A DNA stretch of 64,000 bases from Phyllosticta citribraziliensis (Eukaryota), in contig NW_027117343.1 in assembly GCF_038025025.1 (NCBI RefSeq), positions 1,054,001 through 1,118,000 on the forward strand. Reading direction: 5' to 3'. The notes beneath the pieces are model-generated. The model was not told where the DNA came from. It ran no database searches and worked only from the letters and a program-made list of their open reading frames with translations. Shown in pieces: positions 12,714-23,397 of the stretch; position 1 is the stretch's first letter; every line of letters begins with the position of its first letter. The translations under genes were made by a program, and so were the position numbers.

Positions 12714-14150
12714 TTACTCCACCATGGCCACCAGCATCCTCTCGTAGTCGCCCCTCGTCTCGCCTTGTATCCGACGAATCAAATCCTTGTTATACCTCGA
12801 GTGGTATGCTTGCTTGACTGCCGCCATGTAGTTTCGGTTCCAGTGGCATCGCGCCACTCGGTCGATGAGGTGGCGGTCGTGCGTCCCCGCTCCAGCCATG
12901 GCGTCTTCAAGCATCTCGGCGTCAGACTTGGGCCTGTCGAGCGCTCTTGCTACAAACAGGTGCAGCGCGTCCTTCATGTGCCCGCTGAACCGCGAGTCGA
13001 TTTCCTTGAGCAGAGACTTGCGGTACCGCTGCAGGAATGTTTGGTCAATGGCGCGCAGCTGCGCATCGTTGTGCGACGTGAGGATTTCGCACGCCCGGGT
13101 CCCGTTCTTGTTGAGTCCGACTACCCCGCTGCCAAACGCTCCCTGCAGGTCCGTCGCTGCTTGCTCAATCTGCTGAGGAATCACAGGCGCCGAATCTTCT
13201 TGTCTGCGGCCGCCAGTCAACATGAGGAAGAGCATCTCTGTGTTGGCCGAGAGATCGCCCCTCAAGTCGTTTTCGAGTTCGCGTCCATACATCCTCCTGT
13301 ACTCGGCCTTGATGGCGTGCACATCGGCGTTGACCCTGTTGCAGAGGACGTCGTTGAGGTCCGACTCCTTGGTTCCAGCGCCTCTCATTGCGTGGTAGAG
13401 TACGTGGCAGTCCTGTTGCAGCGGCCCACGCGCGCATGCCAAAAGCGCATTGCGAAAGTCGCCGCTGGTTTCCTTTTCGACGTCTTTCAGCAGGTCGCGC
13501 ATGAAGCGCTGGTTGTAGGTTTGGCGCAGAGAATGCATCTGAACCGGGTCCAACTTGGAGAGGACGCGAATGACTTCTCGCTCGTTCGTACCGAAGCCCT
13601 TCATGGCTTTGCGCAAAGCTTCGGCGTGCATGGTCGTGTCCACAAATGGCATCTGAGGGGCGTATCCAAGAGACGGTGGCGTTGGCGCAACGGGCGCGCC
13701 GTAGGGAGCGCCATATTGCTGTGGCGGGGGAGCTCCGTATTGGCCGGGCGGCGGACCGCCAAAGCCCTGCTGTGGAGGAGGATATTGTCCCGGCGGCGGA
13801 GAGGCATATTGGCCTGGCGGAGGAGCACCGTAGCCTTGCTGGGGCGGAGGGTAACCTTGGGGCGGAGGAGCACCCCACTGGCCTGGTGGAGGAGCGCCGT
13901 AGCCCTGCGGCGGATAGCCTGGGGGAGGGTATTGGTTCTGCATGGGGGGCGGTTGGTTGTAGGCTTGTTGGTGAGGATAAGATGGTTGATGGTGATGTTG
14001 CGGATGTGCGGGCTGACTGTATCCAGGCTGGGGAGAGTCTTTTATGTCGATGCCGTTAGCGCCAAGTGCTAGGCGATGCGCAGCAGGCAACTCACAATTC
14101 TGTTGGTATGGTGGCGCGTAGCCGGCTGGAGGTTGTCCGTAGTATGACAT
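12714..14150 (-). CDS. Annexin with long Pro/Gly/Gln/Tyr-rich N-terminus (annexin A7/A11-like, fungal AnxC3 type), ~459 aa
   Basis: Start MSYYGQPP at 14150; 57-nt intron 14095-14039. Four annexin repeats with MKGFGTNE..ETSGDF, MRGAGTKE, a degenerate third repeat, and MAGAGTHD..ETRGDYERML. Confidence 0.95.
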   Translation of the reverse strand: MSYYGQPPAGYAPPYQQNCELPAAHRLALGANGIDIKDSPQPGYSQPAHPQHHHQPSYPHQQAYNQPPPMQNQYPPPGYPPQGYGAPPPGQWGAPPPQGYPPPQQGYGAPPPGQYASPPPGQYPPPQQGFGGPPPGQYGAPPPQQYGAPYGAPVAPTPPSLGYAPQMPFVDTTMHAEALRKAMKGFGTNEREVIRVLSKLDPVQMHSLRQTYNQRFMRDLLKDVEKETSGDFRNALLACARGPLQQDCHVLYHAMRGAGTKESDLNDVLCNRVNADVHAIKAEYRRMYGRELENDLRGDLSANTEMLFLMLTGGRRQEDSAPVIPQQIEQAATDLQGAFGSGVVGLNKNGTRACEILTSHNDAQLRAIDQTFLQRYRKSLLKEIDSRFSGHMKDALHLFVARALDRPKSDAEMLEDAMAGAGTHDRHLIDRVARCHWNRNYMAAVKQAYHSRYNKDLIRRIQGETRGDYERMLVAMVE

Positions 14151-14337
14151 GGCCACGGCTTGCCGGGAGATGCTTTGTATGGTGGTGTGGATGGGAGGGC
14201 AGTAGCGAGGGCGCAGCGGCAATGAAATAAGTTGGGCGACGTCTGATTCCGCAGGCAGGCGACAATGACGAAGACCAGTGGCTTTGGTTCTTGGCGGATG
14301 GTGATATCGGGGCTGAGAGGCGGGTGGAGAGGCGGAG

Positions 14338-14364
14338 TGAGCCTGAGCCTGAGCCTGAGCCTGA
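14338..14364. repeat. (TGAGCC)4 hexanucleotide microsatellite upstream of the annexin start
   Basis: Read directly: tgagcctgagcctgagcctgagcctga. Confidence 0.9.
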
Positions 14365-15331
14365 ATGCCTTCTGCCTTCTGCCTTGCCCCATCCGGAGAC
14401 CTGACGATCCCTCTCGGTCGCGCGCGTGAGGCGGAGCCACCCAAGGAGGCACCTCTGCTGTGCACCCAAGGCACCGGCTCGTCCGCCCTCGCCAAACAGC
14501 CGCTCCACCTTCATGTTGACTGCCTCTCAACAACAACATCGACAACGACGGCAACGGTGCCATGACCATGTCGCGGCTTCGGCAGACTCCCGGAGCCTCG
14601 ATCGGCTCACCGGACCGACGATTCAAGCTCGCAGTCAGCCCTGCGCAAGGGCAAGCTCAAGCTCTCAGTCATTCTCCTCTCGTCGTCGTCGCCACCACCA
14701 CTTTGTCAGCGTCGACTCAGTGCGAAACGTCACCGGTGCCAGGAAGCTTTTACTACACACCCTTGCACCGTTGCCGCTGTCTGGCGATCCACGTGCTCTG
14801 TTTTAGTCTTGCAGGCGCACACTATTTGCCCATTGCATGCTGCTACCTGCCCAATCGACTTGCTGCATACAGACATCGCGGCAGTGTGAAATGACTACGA
14901 CTGCTGACCACAGTATAGGATCTGTATACGAAATTCTCCATTCATAAACACTCTCTCGCGGCTTGTGCCCCGGTTACCTCTGATACTCCCGTCTCCCCGA
15001 CTGACGAAAAAGTCTCCTTGTCGTCTTTACCTTTTTTCTGCTACACTTGTCTTCACACCCCCTGCCAACTGCATGAACCACCACTGCATTCTTTCTCCAC
15101 ATCCAGTCAGCCTTGCAGCCCGCTCTGAGGAGAGCCCATCGGAAACGTCCCCAGACTCACGTCTCAAAAGCTCCATGACCCCCGGATCACAAACGGACTG
15201 TCCTCGGACATCTCTCCACACACACCTACATCATCGCCAAGACCATTCCACAAGACGAAGCAGAAAGACTTGAACCATTTTCCATCACCTTCTCCAGTAT
15301 TCATCAGCTTTATCATTATAAATCCATCATC

Positions 15332-15808
15332 ATGCCCGGCTCCGTGGCCTACGAATACGGCTCTGGCCCTGTGCGCGCTGCCCCTGCACAACCAGAGTAC
15401 CATCCGGCCGCCTACACACACACGCCTCCGCCGTCGACGACGGCATACAGCAGTGCGCCTTCTGCTCCATCGACCACTGCCGCCTCCGTCAGCCAAGCCC
15501 ATCATCACCAACAACTCCAACTGTACCGCGGTCAACCAACACCGCACGGCCAGGACCAGCGCATGACCCGCTACGTCGCGCCCACCGCGCCCGCCATGTA
15601 CCGCGAAGACGACGGGTACTACAGAGGGGGCAAGCAGCCGCGGCGGAAGAGCGAGGGCAGGAGGGAAGGGAGGGGTGGCAGAGGGAGGAAGAATGCGGGG
15701 GCGAAGAAGAGAGGCTATGAGGAGCACAGGCCGACGTTGGGTGACACGATGGTCATGATCATCAAGGTCGTCGTCGATGCCATCAAGACGCCTTCGGGGA
15801 GGAGATGA
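15332..15808 (+). CDS. Small disordered hypothetical protein (158 aa) with C-terminal RPTLGDT plus amphipathic helix
   Basis: ATG in good context (catcATG) after a CA/CT-rich leader. Codon pattern is gene-like, and the tail YEEHRPTLGDTMVMIIKVVVDAI resembles a motif I recognise from other fungal hypothetical proteins. Confidence 0.65.
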   Translation: MPGSVAYEYGSGPVRAAPAQPEYHPAAYTHTPPPSTTAYSSAPSAPSTTAASVSQAHHHQQLQLYRGQPTPHGQDQRMTRYVAPTAPAMYREDDGYYRGGKQPRRKSEGRREGRGGRGRKNAGAKKRGYEEHRPTLGDTMVMIIKVVVDAIKTPSGRR

Positions 15809-17920
15809 GTGATGCTGGCGTTTTGGATCTGAGGGGCGAAGATTCATCATGCCTGCTTTCCAGAGCAGGTCGCGTTCATGGGAACAAGGGAGAACCAACG
15901 CCCTCAAGGACTTCAATCCTCTTCGACCGTCGACCCGAACCTCGCCGGCCCGCCACAGACACGACAGCATGGCCCGAACAGCCGCACTGCCCTCGATGAA
16001 TCACGACACGCCTCCGCATCTTCACGGACAGGCACGCTGCCCCTTCCACTCACTCCCTCACAGCGCAGCGCGTCCTGAATCGAGCACGAGCACCGATACG
16101 ACGCATCCCATCACATCATCAAGCATGCCAAATAATACGTCCACACGCATTAATCAATACGACCGCATTGCTCTCCCTACAGTACCGTCCTCCACATCCG
16201 CGTCATCCACACACTGGCTGGCCGGCCCTAGCATTTACATCTTTCCTTTCCTTTCCTTTCCATTCGCCATAATCGTCTTTTCACCGGCTTTCCTAGTCGT
16301 TGCACTGGGGCGGGCGGACGTGTAGATGGTCGTTTTGTATATACGTACTTTCACTTGTCACTCGCGGCGGCCTTGTCATCTCATCTCTTCGCTTCTCTTC
16401 TCCCTCTTCTCATCTCATGTCATCTTGTCTAGTACCCGGCACAACAAACAACACCCTTTGCATTGAAGCAGACAGAAGGGCAGACAGACAGGCAGGCACG
16501 TTGGCGGAATGGCCACAGCCATGAAATAATATCACCATCTCATTTACGTGTAAAGCTTCTGTCAGCTACCTAGGTAGCCATCGAAGACCACAGAGCAAGT
16601 GGTGCAGTTGCGGCGTCGGTGACGGCTGCATATCATACTTGTCCCTATCGATACTTTAATGTACTAGCAATATCTATTGGCGGTAGTGTCGTTATGCGTG
16701 CATGCGGGCATGCGTGCACGCACATCACAAGTCAGTGGTAGACACGCTATCAACTACGTATGTAGCCGGTAAAAATACCGATTCCAACGCACTCTAGCAT
16801 AAGAAGGACAAGTGAGGCGACATCGCATGGCACTACATACACGTGCATGCCGCCAGCTGTAGGTAGAGATTTATCCATGTATGATGTGTACACCTCATGT
16901 ACCGGTCGAGTCAAAAAAGAGTTTGCCGGAGAAGGTCTGATATACACAGAGAAAGGCAGCGCGAAGAGGAATGAAAAGGTGTGGAAAAGGTAGGAAAAGC
17001 TCTCTCTCACCTTTTCCTTTCTATGGATAAAACATTGGCGACCGGCCCGTATCCACGTCGGTCGCCAAATACACACACACACACGTATATGTAAATACAA
17101 AGAAGCAAAGAAGAATGGTGTTGATGGGTTGAAGAAGTAGTAAAGAAGAAGAACAATAAATGGTCAATCTCTTATTCACTCGCTCGCTCGCTCACTCGCC
17201 TCTCTTTTTCTCTCAAAGTACATCCCGCTCGCCATCTGATTTTGTAAACAGCCAACACCAACGAGAAGAAGAAGAAAAAAAAAAAAGTGATGCCCAACAC
17301 CGGTAAATGTGGCTACCACCGACTCGCTCGCTGCTCTCTGATTGCCGCTGGACCCGAGGAAAGTCATGGCGCAAGGCTCAGCACTTGAGCACCTGCGCCA
17401 TCTCCTGCTGCTGCTCCGGCTGACGCTGCTGCTGCCTCTGTGGGAAGTCGTGGATCGGAAAGATGACGGATGTAGATGTAGATCCCGAGTTCGGGCATGA
17501 CGAGATACCACTCTATAGTCCGTAGCGACAAGGGATCGCCATTCGAAAAAGTGGACCAGGCTTCATTGTGTCGGGTGAACAATCTTAATGAGAGCACAAT
17601 TCGTCCCAGGCTCCGGGTTGGTCGAAGGCATTATTGTGCCATCAGTCGACAATCTCCCCGGAAATCATCCGATGATCCACGCGGTGGTATGAAATGAACT
17701 CGAGTCAAGACTCGCCGTAAAAACGCTGATTGTGCAGCCATTAAATGGTACGAAATATCGTCGGCCGTGTCCAAGTGGACCCCCATCGTGTCAGATGTGG
17801 TTTGTGTTGTGTGCGCCTTGCGATGCGGATGCAATCCCACGGACCCATTCGAGGAAAATGCGGTGCGCAAGGAAATTCGTAGTCGGTCGTGAGGAAAATG
17901 TCGGATCGACCCACATAACC

Positions 17921-19161
17921 TTACTCTCCAATGTGGCGCTCGTTTTCAGGTTTCCACGTTCCTGGATTCGAAAAGGTTAGCCAACGGCCGTCCCTGTTTC
18001 GTGGGCGCGCAGCGCGAGTGCCTATTGGCGAGGGATGTGGCGGAACTTACCTTCGAAATTGTGTTGGACAAAAGCCATGGGATCGTCCGGCTCGCCTGCG
18101 CCCATTTGCCGTACCCCTGGGCTGAAGCTCGTAATCGGCAGCACAATTACGTCGCCAACCTTTTTTGCGGCCGTCATGCCAGTGAAGTTGCGCCAGGTGA
18201 TGTTACCGTTGCTTGCGTGCATATCAAAGTAGCGACCGTCGTTGAAAAAGTTGAATACGGTGTCGGTCCAAATGGCGGGGCCTGTGTACTCGACGATGCC
18301 CTTGTAATCCTTGAGGATCTTGCCCGCCTTTTTGCGCTTCAGAGTCTCTTCGGTGATGTTTGCGACAATCTCCCGCAGCACTGGGTGGCCTGGCTTGGCC
18401 TGAATGGTCCACTGGCAGAATTGAACGCGCCTAGAATACCATTCATGCCAATCCTCGCGATCGGGGTCTGCCTCAATGCCAATGACCAGGCCGTACGAGG
18501 AGCGAGGCACCTCGGCCGGAACCCACTCCGTCGCCGGCTTCAAGGCTGAGGTATCAATGTCTGTGTATATGCCTCCCCTCGCCAGGAGGATGAGGTATCT
18601 GAAGAAGTCGGCCTTGACGACGGGCATCGGGAGGGCATTGTAGGCTTCGAGGACGTCGGGGACCGAGGCGTAAAGGTGGCGCATGAGGTGGACGGCTACC
18701 GAGTCTGTAATGACTTCGTGGACAAAGGTCGGATGCAGTATAGTCCAGCTAGCCTCGGGCTCGCGGAAGATTTCGTCGAAGTCGCCGGAAGCAGGAGTGG
18801 CCTTCCATGTCTGCCAGATGTAGGCTGGGAACTTGGCTTGAGGGTCGTAGGGGAACTGGTATTCGAGCTGGTCGCGCAAAGGCTTGGTGTGGAGATCTTC
18901 GAGGGCAATCTGCGGCCTCTGCTTCTTGGGGATCGGACGGTCTATTGCCTTGTCTGCTTTTGCGGCTGATGTAGCTTTGGCGGGAGCGGCGTTCGCCTTG
19001 GGATTCGGGGCAGCGTTTTCTTTCTGAGACTGCTGGGAGCCTGCCGAGTCGGAGGGCGGGACGACGAGCTTGGATTTGGAGTCCGAGTGAGTGGAGCGCA
19101 GGAGGAAGAGGAGGGTCAGCACGGCGGCGGCGACGATGAGAGCTCGTCTAAAGGACAGCAT
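17921..19161 (-). CDS. OCH1: Initiation-specific alpha-1,6-mannosyltransferase (GT32), ~383 aa
   Basis: Type II signal anchor MLSFRRALIVAAAVLTLLFLL; motifs FPAYIWQTWK, KADFFRYLILLARGGIYTDID (DxD), IGIEADPDR, QFCQWTI, TGPAIWTD, LPITSFSPG. Intron 18050-17962 gives the terminal HNFEGTWKPENERHIGE*. Confidence 0.96.
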
Positions 19162-21000
19162 GGCGGGCAGCGGTGGCCCTCGGAGGATTGAGGGAGGTCG
19201 AGGGAGCGGTGAGGAGCGAGGACTGGCGGAGGGAGGGGAGAAGGGCGGGCGAGAAGATAAGAAAAAGAAAAGAGGAAAGGTAGCGACGTGGCCAGGGTGA
19301 CGAGCACGGTGTGGGTTGGAATTCGCGGGTGGGTGCAGGTGGTGGTCCAGGGGGAGTGTCCGGGGGAGGACAGGGCGCGGCGGAGAAATTACGAGGCCGA
19401 AGCAGGCGGTGCAGGTGCAGGAGCAGGAGACAACGCCGGGCAAAGACGCATCGAGGGCGCTGGAGACGCGTGAGGCCTGGACGCGTGCAGAGATAGCCAC
19501 GGCGATAGAGGAATGGGGTTGAGGTGGTGGAGCGGATTGAATGATGGAAGAGAGGACAGCGTTCCTGCCAAGACTGATGATACCTACTGTCCCCTTCGGT
19601 TCTCTCCCTCTCTCCCTCGCTTCGGGAGAGTGCGCTGGCTGCGTTTCAGCTTCATGGCCTCTCGAATCATCTCCCGACCACAACCTCACCCACCACTCCC
19701 CGCCACTGGTATCGACCCTCGCCTGGCCCAGGCCTGGGCCTCTCGCACGTCAGCTTCCTTGCCGCCTGCGCAACCCCCTTCGCCCTCTATCGTCTCGACA
19801 ATCTACAAGCTTCTCTGACCAGCGGGTACACCCTAATACACCACCCCGCCGATGCGCGACATGACAGCTGCCTGTCAATTTGACTTCAGTCAGAGTGCCC
19901 GCGAAAGAAATTTATTAACTCGTGCTGGCATCATCCTCCCGCCGTCTCTGATATCATCGCCAAGTCTCTTCAGCTTCACCCTCACTCGAACCTGTCTGTC
20001 TCCGAGATGCTGCGGCTGCATGGTCAGACTTTGTCATGGCGTCGTTTCCACCACCATTCTGCGCATTGAGACATCTGCAGCTGACACAACATGACAAGAG
20101 GCACGAAACGGCTCCTAAGCATCCCCACCACCACATTAAGGTTAGCCGTTGCCCGTCTGAGCTTGACGTCTTTAACCTGGCTGCTTCTTGCCCGGTGTTG
20201 ATCAATCCCACTGCGACTTTGCATCTCCCCCTCTACGACTGCATCCTCTGCCGGCATCTCGTCCGACTACATCGGAACTGGAAGAGTGCCGACGACGCGG
20301 ACCGTCGGGCCTGGAATCGCCCGCCGCCCCTCCCGCGACCTCCCGCTGCGCCCCAATCAGACGTCTGGCCACCAGCCACAGCTTACGACTACAAACTCTC
20401 CACCCGCTATAATTGTCTAGCTTTGGCACTCCTCTTGCAGCGCTTGCGTCATCACTTCTCAGCGGAATTCCCGCCTCAGGCAGGTCATCATCGCTCGACG
20501 CAGCCCTTCGCCTCGGCCGCTGTTCTCGTTATAGAACGAAAGAGTTTCAGCGTCCCATCAACGGCTGCTAGGACGTCACACTGGCCCATCCGCCGTTCCG
20601 TTTGGCTCGTGGACTTGCATATACTCCAGGGTCTGTCAGCTTACCTTCCTTTCCTGGAGCTCGACCAGGGCGATCATACTGAAGCTTTTAGTCGACCCGT
20701 GCGCCGGGCTTCCAGCCTCAGCCAATCATTCGCCCAACCACTCCTCCAGGCGAGGAAAGGCGGGATTCCTTCCTCTACTCTAGCTGGATACACACGATCT
20801 CTGCTGGAACTGGGGATTGTGGCCAGGTTATGACTTTTGTTAGGACGTGAGTTATCGGATACATCTCGACCCATCCGCATTCCATAAGGCTGGTTGCCTT
20901 TTCACGGTCAAACCATATTTCGACTCGAGGTGGCTATTTTCAGCCTCAAGCCATGTCGACCGCCTCGCCCTCTTCCAACCACTTCCGACCCCATTGGCAT

Positions 21001-21805
21001 CTACACCCCTTCGGTACCCAAGGCCTCCAAGACATCCGCAACGCACAGGTTGACTCCAAATATTCCCCCCTCTTCAGTCATGCTATTTATGTGAGGGTCA
21101 TGATATTCCGCTTTCGCAGAAGCCGTTCCATCCCGCACCATCGCGCAATCGAATCCCCGGTCGCTCGCCTCCCTCATCGTTGTACTTACGCAGACATCCG
21201 TCGTCACCCCCGTCAATACCAGGTTCTTGATCCCTCTGTTCCTCAACAACAGTTCAAAGTCTGTGTGTGCAAACGCTCCTTGTCCTGGCTTGTCAATGAC
21301 TGGTTCGCCAGCAATTGGATACAGCTCATCGACAATATCGTGCGATTTGCCGCCACGCACGAGAAGCCGTCCTCCCAGCGGACTCGGCTGGCCGATGGTC
21401 GCGCCTCCCGGATTGTTTCCAGCGCGGAATGCCGTACGTGACCACAGCGTGGAGAGGTCGGGACGGTGACCTGTACCATATCAGCAAGCCGCTACCACGC
21501 CCACGATCGCATTGCAAGGCTGGAATGGAAGAATGCTCCCGACCTTCCCGCGTGTGATACACCTGCCACCCGGCCTTCCTAAACGCGTCGAGCAAGCGCT
21601 TGATGTTCGGAATTATAGCCCGGGCAGGATCAGCTGAGTAGCCCAGCGCCTCGATGTAGCCGCCTGCGGTGCAAAAGTCGTTTTGCATGTCGACGATCAC
21701 GAGGGCCGTGGTTTCGCGCGACAGCGACGCGTCGTGCGGCCAAGCGTATGGCGAAGCCGCCGCGATTTGCTTCTTTGCCTCCGGCATGGTGGTGTGTTCA
21801 CCCAT
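21001..21805 (-). CDS. Isochorismatase-family cysteine hydrolase, biuret/guanylurea hydrolase-like, ~243 aa
   Basis: Exons 21805-21544 (alternative ATG at 21787) and 21470-21001. Motifs PYAWP, TALVIVDMQNDFC, HTREGHRPDL, VIDKPG, TGVTTDVCVSTTMREASDRG, GGIFG; the Asp-Lys-Cys triad is intact. Confidence 0.92.
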
Positions 21806-21943
21806 GTCTCTTGGTATTTTGTATCTTCGAAAACGTGGTTCGTGTTGTTCGTGAACTTCCAGAGCTCTGTGGAAACGATACAAACTCGCCTTCGCATTTG
21901 CCGCGAGAATCGAACATGGTTTTAAAGAGGGCTTTAATTGCTG

Positions 21944-22303
21944 CTATCGGCACCTCCGCTGTCGCCGCCGTCGCCCACCTCCCTTCACGCCCAGCTAGCT
22001 CGGCTAGCTATCAACCTCCCCGCAAATAAGCTTATCCATCTGCCCGACAATTCGCAGCAAGCGTTTCCAAGATCTTCAGTACAACCCTCCTTGTGTCTTG
22101 TAAGTCAGAGCTTATTGACACGCTCGAGCTTTTGCCGGATCACGAAGCATGCGCTGGCCATTCGAATGCTGCGCAAATAGTCGAGTGGCACTGATGCACA
22201 GGCGCAAAAGAGGTTTCTGCTCAAGCGGAATTTGGAGCTTATTACGGCTGATAAGCCATGCAAGGGTAGATATCGCGAACGCGTGGGGTCCGCGGCAAGA
22301 TAA
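21944..22303. promoter_or_regulatory. Cluster of GATA elements (candidate AreA/NIT2 nitrogen-regulation sites)
   Basis: CGATAG (minus, 21944-21949), TGATAG (minus, 22008-22013), GATAAG (minus, 22031-22036), TGATAA (22249-22254), AGATAA (22298-22303), all 140-500 bp upstream of the hydrolase ATG. Confidence 0.45.
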
Positions 22304-23397
22304 GACATATATGCTCAAGGTACCCGGGTGGGCCGCCGGCGAGTATAAAAAGAGTTGACGACAACGACACTCAAAATGTACACGAATGCGCTGAAGGTGG
22401 GGAGCAAATTTGGTGGCAGCATCACTGACTTGCGGTATATCAGAAGTACTCTCCAGAAGTGACCGCAGGAAGCACAATATTAGTTGACTTGCTGTCGCGT
22501 CACTTACAGAAATGCTAGTGATGCCTTCACCCGACCCGTCATGTTTCTCGCTGCCTTTGGCGCAGGCAACTGCGGACGAGACACCTTTGCCTCCAAAAGC
22601 CTGGATAGAGGTTTTTCGCACTTCTTGGAGTTGGAAACGACTCGGCGCTCATCTCTCGATCACCGCTCGCAGACACTCTCGAAAGATTCCCGCCCGCAAT
22701 ACTTTGGAAGCAGTTGAATTCTCCTGGCGCTCTCGCCTCCTGCGCGTTTGTGTCGTGCCTTTTCGTGGCAAGCTTCATAGCCACTTTTCCGCGAGCATTT
22801 AAGTTCTTGACTTTTCTCAGAACATTCACACCAAATCAACCAAGCTCCTGATGATGAGGAAAACAGTCGGAAGACTTATCCACGGCCAGACTTTGCATAC
22901 ACGGAATCACATGGCGTGATGCGCAATGTGCCGTGCGAGAGCCTCTCACACGGGTCACAGTCGCGTCAGTTGAGGATGCCGAAAGCGGCAAAGAATCGGC
23001 ATACTCGGCAGTAGACAAACACGTACTATGTTTCGCCAACTCACCGCGGTGCCGATGTCTCTGCACCGCCAAACGGTGCAGTAAGTTTGATAGCTTTTCA
23101 ACGCGGCAGGTGTTTTGCAGAGTTTTTCATTCCGGTCTCCATGCCAGGACAGCAACTGGAGATACCTTGACGAACAGTGCCGAGCTGGAGGCATGGCTTG
23201 GTCCATGGATTCTGCGTCTTGATGGCGGCTCAAGAAGCCGATACTAGGGCGGCCAAATGCCATCGCTACCAAGCATGGACCCATATTTGGGGACTGTTCA
23301 TAAACCCACGTCGCTCCCACCAAGAGACTCCAGTTGCTTTTGGTATCCAATCACAGTAGGAAGCTCTCAACATTTTTCCTTCCAAAGGTGATAGAGC

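Noticed and set aside
12309..14072. 587-aa plus-strand ORF
   Set aside because: Antisense shadow of the annexin gene produced by high-GC3 codon bias; non-ATG start and no domain.
14151..14495. N-terminal extension of annexin including QAQAQA
   Set aside because: No upstream ATG in frame; the repeat is a leader microsatellite; MSYYGQ is the natural start.
19162..19689. 176-codon upstream extension of OCH1
   Set aside because: Pyrimidine-rich 5' leader open by chance; the signal anchor begins at 19161.
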